In this document: in pieces, positions 57,592 to 64,000 of the stretch | Layout of the letters: every line of letters begins with the position of its first letter | How positions within the stretch are numbered: the stretch's first letter is position 1 | Source: Deltaproteobacteria bacterium | Lineage (GTDB): Bacteria; Desulfobacterota; Desulfobacteria; Desulfobacterales; UBA2156 | NCBI GenBank assembly: GCA_019309485.1 | Contig: JAFDGC010000001.1 | Location: 81,772 to 145,771, forward strand | Reading direction: 5' to 3' | Length of the DNA stretch: 64,000 nucleotides | The notes under the pieces: model-generated | Databases searched by the model: none | The model's input: only the letters and a program-made list of their open reading frames with translations | What the model was told of the DNA's origin: nothing | Made by a program: the position numbers and the translations under genes

Positions 57592-59411
57592 GCACCGGCG
57601 CGGTTTTTCATTTCCCGGATGCGCTGGTTGTAAAAGGCAATGACCTCCCGGCGGTTCAGCATCCCGATGAGTACTCTGGGGTCTTCTTCTTCCACCACCG
57701 GAAGGCTGTCGATATTTTTCTGGGTGAACTTCTGAAGCACCGAGTTGAGATCATCGGAAGGGGCGGTAGTAATGATATCCGAAGTACCGATGTCTTTCAT
57801 TACCACCAGGTCTTCGATCTCCTGGGAGAAAAGGACGCTTCGGACATCGTTGCTCGAAAAAATCCCTGTGAGCCGCCCATCGCGGTCCATGACCGGAAAA
57901 TAGTGCTGGGTGGTGGCGGAAAAAAACCGTTTGAACTCGGAAAAGGGCATGTCTTCCGAAATCACCTGGACTTTTTTGACCCGGTGCAACAGGTCCTGGA
58001 CACGGATGGCCTGGAGGATATCCACGAAAAAATCCCCCGCGTGCGCCAGAGAATCGATGCGGCTTTTCACCTGCTTTTCGTAAATGGTCCAGTGCTTGGA
58101 GGTCAGATACGCCACGGAGCAGACCAGCAGGCTGGGAAGCAACAGATGGTAGGAATTGGTCATTTCGCTGACCATGATGATGGTGGAGATGGGGGTATTG
58201 GAGACGGAGGTGAAGAATCCGGCCATGCCCACCACCACGAAGGCTCCGGGTTCCGTGACGACTCCGGGCATGATCCCGTGGAATACCTTTCCCACTGCCC
58301 CTCCCATGGCGCCGCCGATCACCACCGAAGGGCCGAACACCCCGCCGCTTCCCCCGGATCCGATGGAAAAAGAGGTGGTGAAGATCTTCCCGATGGCCAA
58401 TGCCAAGAGAAACGGGATGGTCAACTCCCCGTTCAGGGCCATCTGGGCGAAACCGTAGCCGAAGGCCAGGGTCTGGGGAAGGAAAAATCCGATGATCCCG
58501 GTGCACAGTCCTCCCACGGCCGGCTTGAAGTGGTTGGGGATGTGCAACTTCTTAAAATACCGGGTGACGCCGTAAAAGGCATTGACATACAAAGCGCCGG
58601 TTGCCGAAAGCACCAGGGCGAGGATCAGGTAAGGGCCCAGTTCCAAGGGATTTTGAAACTTGAAATACGGGGATTGAAAAAGCGACCCCCACCCGAATAC
58701 CAGGCAGAAGAGACAATAGGCCACCACGGAGGCGATACCCGACGGAATGATCACTTCGGATTCGAATTCCGGATCCCGGTAAAGGACCTCCGCGGCAAAA
58801 AGGGCTCCGGCCAACGGCGCCCGAAAGATACTCCCCACCCCGGCGCCGATCCCGGCGGCCATCATGATCCGACGTTCCCGGTCCGAGAGTTTGAGCGTGG
58901 TGGCCAGGAAAGAGCCGAATCCGGCACCGATCTGGGCGATGGGGCCTTCCCGTCCGCCGGATCCGCCGCTCGTCAAGGTAATGGCAGACGCGAGGGTCTT
59001 GATGATGGGCACCCGACCCCGGATGAAACCGGCCTTGTTGTGATAGGCGTCGATGGCGGCGTCCGTGCCGTGTCCCTCTGCTTCCGGCGCAAAGGTGTAC
59101 ACCAGGGCCCCGCTTAAAAGTCCCCCAAGGGCCGGGACCAAAAGGAGCATATAACGCGTCAAAGGGGTCCGGGTGGGTGCAAAAAGATGGTGCTCTCCCG
59201 CAGGGGTCGGGGGCCGGTACCCGGCCATAAAGTCGAGGAACAAGTGGAGTCCCACCTGACACAGATAATGAAAGGCAATGGCGCCGAGCCCCGCAATAAC
59301 GCCGATGAGAAGATAATAGACCGTCCACTTTCCGGCCCGGGCGATGTTGAAGCCGGGGCGTTTCCCGGTTCCCGGACGATCCTTTGAAAGGTTGGAAGAC
59401 GAATCGGCCAT
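57585..59411 (-). CDS. ClC-family anion transporter/channel with CBS pair
   Basis: GHGTD, GSGGREGP, GGSGGVFGP, C-terminal CBS domains. The ATG overlaps the upstream stop (TGATG). Confidence 0.93.
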   Translation of the reverse strand: MADSSSNLSKDRPGTGKRPGFNIARAGKWTVYYLLIGVIAGLGAIAFHYLCQVGLHLFLDFMAGYRPPTPAGEHHLFAPTRTPLTRYMLLLVPALGGLLSGALVYTFAPEAEGHGTDAAIDAYHNKAGFIRGRVPIIKTLASAITLTSGGSGGREGPIAQIGAGFGSFLATTLKLSDRERRIMMAAGIGAGVGSIFRAPLAGALFAAEVLYRDPEFESEVIIPSGIASVVAYCLFCLVFGWGSLFQSPYFKFQNPLELGPYLILALVLSATGALYVNAFYGVTRYFKKLHIPNHFKPAVGGLCTGIIGFFLPQTLAFGYGFAQMALNGELTIPFLLALAIGKIFTTSFSIGSGGSGGVFGPSVVIGGAMGGAVGKVFHGIMPGVVTEPGAFVVVGMAGFFTSVSNTPISTIIMVSEMTNSYHLLLPSLLVCSVAYLTSKHWTIYEKQVKSRIDSLAHAGDFFVDILQAIRVQDLLHRVKKVQVISEDMPFSEFKRFFSATTQHYFPVMDRDGRLTGIFSSNDVRSVLFSQEIEDLVVMKDIGTSDIITTAPSDDLNSVLQKFTQKNIDSLPVVEEEDPRVLIGMLNRREVIAFYNQRIREMKNRAGAQ

Positions 59412-60727
59412 CAGGCTCCACCCCGGGACAAATCCCGGACACCGGCAAGGATCTGATCGAAAAGATCCTGGATTTCGCCTTCCTCCAGGCAGGAAAAGGC
59501 CACCCGGAGATCCCGGTCCCCTATGGAAATCAGTCCGACCCCGTATTTTTCCAGGAGGTGGACCCGGAGTGCTTCTGCGTCCATTTTTTTGAGCCGGAGG
59601 CACATGAAGTACCCGGAATTGAACGGATACGCCTCCCAGGCATCCTGGTACCGGCCCTGCTTGAGGACTTCCCGGACGCGAAGGGCCCTCTGTTTCAAAA
59701 TTTCGAATTTTTCCTTTTTCTCGGCGGCATACCGGCGGTCCCCCATGGAGCGTAACAATAGGGTCTGGCTCAAATGCGGTGCGTTGGAGACGGTCCCCCG
59801 GATGCACCCGGCGGTCTTTTTCTCCAGTGCCTCGTACACCCTTGCGATGTCGCCGTCGGCCTTGCAGCCGTAAGTGATAAATCCGACGCGAAGTCCCCAG
59901 ACAAAATTTTCCTTGGTGGCACCGTCGAGTTTCACCGCCAGGATGTTGGGATGGCTCTGGGCCAGCGCGGCGAACAGGGATTCAGGAAAGACCGCATCAT
60001 CGTAAAAGAGGCCGAAATAGGCATCGTCAAACGCCACCACCACCCTGATCCCCTCTTCGGCCAGACCCCGTAAGATATTCACAATGGCCTCCCCTTCCGC
60101 CCGGTTCGGGGAATACCCCGTGGGGTTGTTGGGGAAATTGAGAATGGGGATCACCTTTCCGGAAACGGCTTCCTTTCGAAGCGCTTCTTCGAATCCCTTC
60201 AGGTTGAATCCGCCGCTTCCGGAAAACAGGGGAAACGTAACGATTTTTGCGCCCTTTTTGACGGAAAAAATCATATTGTAGTTGCCCCACATCTTGTCCG
60301 GGAGGACCAGGGTATCTCCCGGATCGACCCACAGATCCGCAAACGTGCTGACGCCGTGGGTGACGCCGCACGTGACCACCGGAAGGCTGATCCGTTTTCC
60401 GGAAAGGGTGGGGTTTTTCGCAAAAAGCTCCGCCTGCCAGGCATTTCTCAGGGCGGGGATCCCGAAGGACGGAGCATAGGTGAGGGATTCCTCGGGGGGA
60501 ATCTCGTTCACCTGATCCATGAGCGATTGAAAATGCATGGTCCTGTGATGCTCCATGGCAATCCCGATGGTGGCGTTGGCGGCAAACGCCTTTTCCTTTG
60601 CCTCGGCGCCTTGCGTCAAAATCCCCTTGGGGAAAAAAAGACGCTTCCCCATATCGGACAGCATTTCCAAAAGGGCCGGGTTTTGTGCGGAAAGGACCGC
60701 GTTGAGCTCTTGGGCAATCGGGTTCAT
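59411..60727 (-). CDS. class I/II PLP-dependent aminotransferase
   Basis: NATIG, NFPNNPTG, DDAY, GATKE..WGLRVG and PFNSGYF. Confidence 0.92.
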   Translation of the reverse strand: MNPIAQELNAVLSAQNPALLEMLSDMGKRLFFPKGILTQGAEAKEKAFAANATIGIAMEHHRTMHFQSLMDQVNEIPPEESLTYAPSFGIPALRNAWQAELFAKNPTLSGKRISLPVVTCGVTHGVSTFADLWVDPGDTLVLPDKMWGNYNMIFSVKKGAKIVTFPLFSGSGGFNLKGFEEALRKEAVSGKVIPILNFPNNPTGYSPNRAEGEAIVNILRGLAEEGIRVVVAFDDAYFGLFYDDAVFPESLFAALAQSHPNILAVKLDGATKENFVWGLRVGFITYGCKADGDIARVYEALEKKTAGCIRGTVSNAPHLSQTLLLRSMGDRRYAAEKKEKFEILKQRALRVREVLKQGRYQDAWEAYPFNSGYFMCLRLKKMDAEALRVHLLEKYGVGLISIGDRDLRVAFSCLEEGEIQDLFDQILAGVRDLSRGGA

Positions 60728-60848
60728 GGAATCTCTCCCTACCATCATCAGATGAATTTTTCCCTTGGGACGCATCCCGGGCGTGTTGGGCACTCTTATA
60801 TACGGGAGCAAAGGAGAGTCAAGGGAAAACAATGGGTAAGAGGAGAAT

Positions 60849-60880
60849 AAAAAACCCCGCCCGGCAATCAGGCGGGGTTT
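60849..60880 (-). terminator. Rho-independent terminator after the PxxKW gene
   Basis: Minus strand: aaaccccgcc-tgattgccg-ggcggggttttttatt. Confidence 0.8.
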
Positions 60881-60900
60881 ACCTTAAGATCGGAACCCAT

Positions 60901-61191
60901 TTATCTTGCGGAGCGTTTGGATGCTTTGAGCGGATTCACTTTGACCTTCGTCTCGGACCCGGCCCCTTTTCCCACGTGCGTGGCCAGGTTGCAACTGCCG
61001 TGTTTCCATTTCTGAGAAGGATCCGGATATGCCGTACAGTACCACCGGGAAGAAAATTCGATCTTGCGGTTGCAGCCGTTGCATGGCTCCACGATCTCAT
61101 GGCAAATCCCGCCATTAAAAGAACACCCCTTCTTGGTCATGAACGGGCAGTCCTTTCCGTTTCGAACCGTTACACAAACCAACTGAATCAC
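60901..61191 (-). CDS. PxxKW-family Cys-rich small protein
   Basis: CxxxxxGxxC..GC..C..CNGC..YC..YPDPSQKWKHGSCNLATH..KVNPLKASKR. Confidence 0.88.
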   Translation of the reverse strand: MIQLVCVTVRNGKDCPFMTKKGCSFNGGICHEIVEPCNGCNRKIEFSSRWYCTAYPDPSQKWKHGSCNLATHVGKGAGSETKVKVNPLKASKRSAR

Positions 61192-61265
61192 CCCCTTTCC
61201 TTTGTATTCAAATGAAAAAAAGCCGGGACGCCCCCGGCAGGTAAAACAATCCTTTTAAACTAGAA

Positions 61266-61294
61266 AATATAATTGATCAAAGCCCCCTTGTCAA
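61266..61294 (-). promoter_or_regulatory. near-consensus sigma70 promoter for the PxxKW gene
   Basis: TTGACA-17bp-TATATT. Confidence 0.7.
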
Positions 61295-61452
61295 GAATAT
61301 TTTTGGCAATGAAACGCGGAAATAAGACCGGATTGTCGTTGATCTGTTTTCAAACATGCGGTAAGCTTGTGTGAATTAAACCCGGCGGGGGGCGCCGTAA
61401 TCCTCGCCCCGCCCGGCGGGAAATATAGGCGATCATCGGTTCAATTGCACGG

Positions 61453-62469
61453 ATGAAATCGAATTTGCGTCAAATAAACGTTTCGGATCCGGTCATCGAA
61501 AAGGCGAAAGAGGTCCTCAAGATCGAAGCGGAGGGGATTCTGGCCCTTGCCGAACGGATCGATGAGCGATTCGCCGAGATGGTGGAGGCAATCTATCGCT
61601 GTTCCGGCAGGCTCATCGTCTCGGGGATCGGGAAGTCGGGGACCGTGGGCCGGAAGATCGTGGGGACCCTCAACAGCACCGGTACCCGTGCCCTGTTTTT
61701 GCATCCGGTGGAAGCCATGCACGGGGATCTGGGCATGGTGAGCAAGGGCGACATCTTCCTGGCGCTGTCCAACAGCGGGGAAACGGACGAGTTGAACATC
61801 CTCATCCCCAGCATCCGAAAAATCGGGTGCACCATCATCGCGTTGACCGGAAACGTCCGTTCCACCCTGGCTAAAAACAGTGATATCGTCATCGACGTGG
61901 GCGTCCCAAGAGAAGCCTGCCCCATGGGCCTGGCCCCCACCGCCAGCACCACGGCGCTTCTGGCCGCCGGAGACGCCCTGGCCGTGGTCTTGATCAACAA
62001 AAGACGCTTCAATTCGAACGATTTCGCCCGCATTCATCCCGGGGGAAAGCTGGGCCATCGACTGGCCTGCAAGGTGCGGCAATTCATGCTTACCGGAGAC
62101 TCCATTCCCCGGGTTTCCATCGAGGCGGCCATGGAGGCGGCCATCGAGGAAATCAACCGGCTCCAACTCGGCGTCGCCCTGGTGGTGGCGTCGGACGGGA
62201 AAACCCTGGCCGGAATCATCACCGACGGGGATATCCGCCGGCGGATCGCCAAAGAGGAACGCCTGTTGGAGCTTCCCGTGGCGGCCGTCATGACCAAAAA
62301 CCCCCGGACCATGGGACCCGAATCCCCGGCCTACGACGCATTGAACCTGATGGAAAAACACCAGATCACCGTCCTTCCGATCGTGGGATCGAAGAAGAAA
62401 ATCCTGGGGATCCTGCACCTGCACGATATCCTGGGAAAGGGCGCCTTCAAATTCAACGACATCCAATGA
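61453..62469 (+). CDS. kdsD: KpsF/GutQ-family arabinose-5-phosphate isomerase (SIS plus CBS)
   Basis: GIGKSG, EAMHGDLG, SNSGET, EACP..LAPTAST, HPGG.LG and TDGD.RR. Confidence 0.92.
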   Translation: MKSNLRQINVSDPVIEKAKEVLKIEAEGILALAERIDERFAEMVEAIYRCSGRLIVSGIGKSGTVGRKIVGTLNSTGTRALFLHPVEAMHGDLGMVSKGDIFLALSNSGETDELNILIPSIRKIGCTIIALTGNVRSTLAKNSDIVIDVGVPREACPMGLAPTASTTALLAAGDALAVVLINKRRFNSNDFARIHPGGKLGHRLACKVRQFMLTGDSIPRVSIEAAMEAAIEEINRLQLGVALVVASDGKTLAGIITDGDIRRRIAKEERLLELPVAAVMTKNPRTMGPESPAYDALNLMEKHQITVLPIVGSKKKILGILHLHDILGKGAFKFNDIQ

Positions 62470-63821
62470 CCCAAAGAGAAACCTACTGCCTGGAAGTTCT
62501 CGAAGAATACCCCGAAACGGCGATTCCTTCCCTGGGGCCCTGCCGCATTCCTTCTCCGGTGCACCAGCGAAAAGGGGATCGTTTCAAGGAATGCTTCATT
62601 ACGGATTACGACCGCGTCCTTGTGGACGTGAATCTCGTCCGGGTGGAAACCCTCATTCAAAAAGGGGAACCCCTGGCGGCCTTTGAGTTGGCCGGCCCCC
62701 GGGAACAAGTCTACTTCGATCCGTCCAAGTTGAGATGCGCCCTGGTCACCTGCGGGGGACTTTGCCCCGGACTCAACGACGTCATCCGCTCCATCGTCTT
62801 GGAGTTGCACTACGGATACGGCGTCCGCCACATTTTCGGCATCCGGTACGGCCTCCGGGGATTCATCTCCCGGTACCACCATGACCTGATGCACCTGAAT
62901 CCCGAATCCGTGGGGCACATTCTGGGAACAGGGGGATCCATCCTGGGCTCTTCCCGGGGGCCTCAGCCCATCGATGAAATCGTGGACTGCCTGGAGCGCC
63001 TCAACATCGGGGTCCTGTTCATGGTGGGCGGCGACGGCACCCTGATGGCCGCCACCAAAATTGCGGATACCATTGCAGGAAGAGGCCTGAAAATCGCCGT
63101 GGTGGGGATCCCCAAAACCATCGACAACGACATCTATCTCGTTTCCCGTTCTTTCGGCTTCGATACCGCCGTGGACGTGGCGACACAGGCCATCCGGGGA
63201 GCCCACAAGGAGTCGGAGGGGTATCCCAACGGCATCGGGCTCATCAAGCTCATGGGCCGGTACTCGGGTTTCATCGCGGCCACCGCCGCCCTGGCCCAGC
63301 AGGACGTCAATTTCGTCCTTATTCCGGAAGTGGATTTTGATCTTCAGGGACCCGGAGGTCTCCTCGAATCGTTGAGGGCCCGCCTGAAGGCGCGGTCCCA
63401 CGCGGTGATCGTGGTGGCCGAAGGGACCGGCCAGAAATTTTTCAAAGATGCCGTCACCGAGCGGGACCCTTCCGGAAACATCCGGCTGAAGGATATCGGC
63501 CTGTTCCTGAAGGAGACCATTTCAGAATACTTCAACGCCCAGAAGATCGATATCTCCTTGAAGTATATCGATCCCAGTTACATGATCCGCAGCCTTCCGG
63601 CCAACACCAACGATCGGATTTTTTGCAGCGCCCTGGCCCGAAACGCCGTCCATGCCGGGATGGCGGGCAAAACCAAGATGATGGTGGGATACTGGAACGA
63701 CCGTTTCGTGCATGTCCCCATGAGTGCATCGGCCGGGCGGCGGAAACAGGTCTCCCCCAGGGGGCCTTTGTGGCAGAATGTGCTCGGGGTCACCGGACAG
63801 GGATCCCTCAGACGCCGCTGA
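62466..63821 (+). CDS. pfkA: ATP-dependent 6-phosphofructokinase (group X type)
   Basis: TCGGLCPGLN, GGSILGSSRG, GGDGT, PKTIDND, MGR and DPSYMIRS. Confidence 0.93.
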   Translation: MTQRETYCLEVLEEYPETAIPSLGPCRIPSPVHQRKGDRFKECFITDYDRVLVDVNLVRVETLIQKGEPLAAFELAGPREQVYFDPSKLRCALVTCGGLCPGLNDVIRSIVLELHYGYGVRHIFGIRYGLRGFISRYHHDLMHLNPESVGHILGTGGSILGSSRGPQPIDEIVDCLERLNIGVLFMVGGDGTLMAATKIADTIAGRGLKIAVVGIPKTIDNDIYLVSRSFGFDTAVDVATQAIRGAHKESEGYPNGIGLIKLMGRYSGFIAATAALAQQDVNFVLIPEVDFDLQGPGGLLESLRARLKARSHAVIVVAEGTGQKFFKDAVTERDPSGNIRLKDIGLFLKETISEYFNAQKIDISLKYIDPSYMIRSLPANTNDRIFCSALARNAVHAGMAGKTKMMVGYWNDRFVHVPMSASAGRRKQVSPRGPLWQNVLGVTGQGSLRRR

Positions 63822-63825
63822 GCCC

Positions 63826-63852
63826 CCCTGAGCCGGCATCCGGCGGGTTTTT
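63826..63852 (+). terminator. probable terminator after pfkA
   Basis: gccgg-cat-ccggc stem followed by gggttttt. Confidence 0.45.
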
Positions 63853-64000
63853 CCCTTCCAGGCAACGATGAACGCATAAAAACCTGATTTTGCCTGCGCC
63901 GCAACCCGTTGCCTTTCTTTTTCCGAAAAGGCTTGACCGGATCAAGTGCACAGGGTTCGGATCCAATCCCCCGTCCAATGGGTCAAGAGGATCACCAGGG

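Noticed and set aside
59412-59807. N-terminal extension of the ClC ORF (likewise for ftsI 18773-19015 and the FabH-like gene 53208-53339)
   Set aside because: These extensions overlap upstream genes, and downstream starts fit RBS position or stop-start coupling better.
63900-64000. ttgacc...ggtcaa inverted motif at the right edge
   Set aside because: It is short, cut by the window end, and no feature can be supported.

Overview
A 64-kb chromosomal window from an anaerobic, moderately GC-rich bacterium; gene content and order suggest Desulfobacterota (Desulfobacterales-like), which is an inference. Core blocks are a minus-strand dcw cluster (mraZ-rsmH-ftsL-ftsI-murE-murF-mraY-murD-ftsW-murG-murC-murB-ftsQ-ftsA-ftsZ, no ddl, followed by a radical SAM gene), a Wood-Ljungdahl ACS/CODH cluster (acsV/RACo-acsD-acsA/cooS-acsB-acsC-acsE-DUF3786) and housekeeping genes (argJ, truA, RluB-like synthase, ClC, aminotransferase, kdsD-like, pfkA). 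The 23.3-30.4 kb stretch is an eroding accessory region with a clean 208-bp MITE, an IS91-family remnant, a duplicated rmuC 3' end and several gene fragments. The most unusual items are: (1) a 1409-aa PPDK-derived protein with ATP-grasp and His domains, no pyruvate domain and a ~900-aa unknown N-terminus, next to a divergent GAPDH; (2) a CoA-transferase-GNAT fusion whose catalytic Glu is replaced by Gln, directly upstream of the ACS/CODH cluster; (3) an AcsD with a ~200-aa repetitive tail; (4) an enlarged FabH-like enzyme with an internal duplication; (5) a close homolog of plant HPR1. No rRNA, tRNA or CRISPR array was seen. All family calls come from motif recognition, not from database searches.
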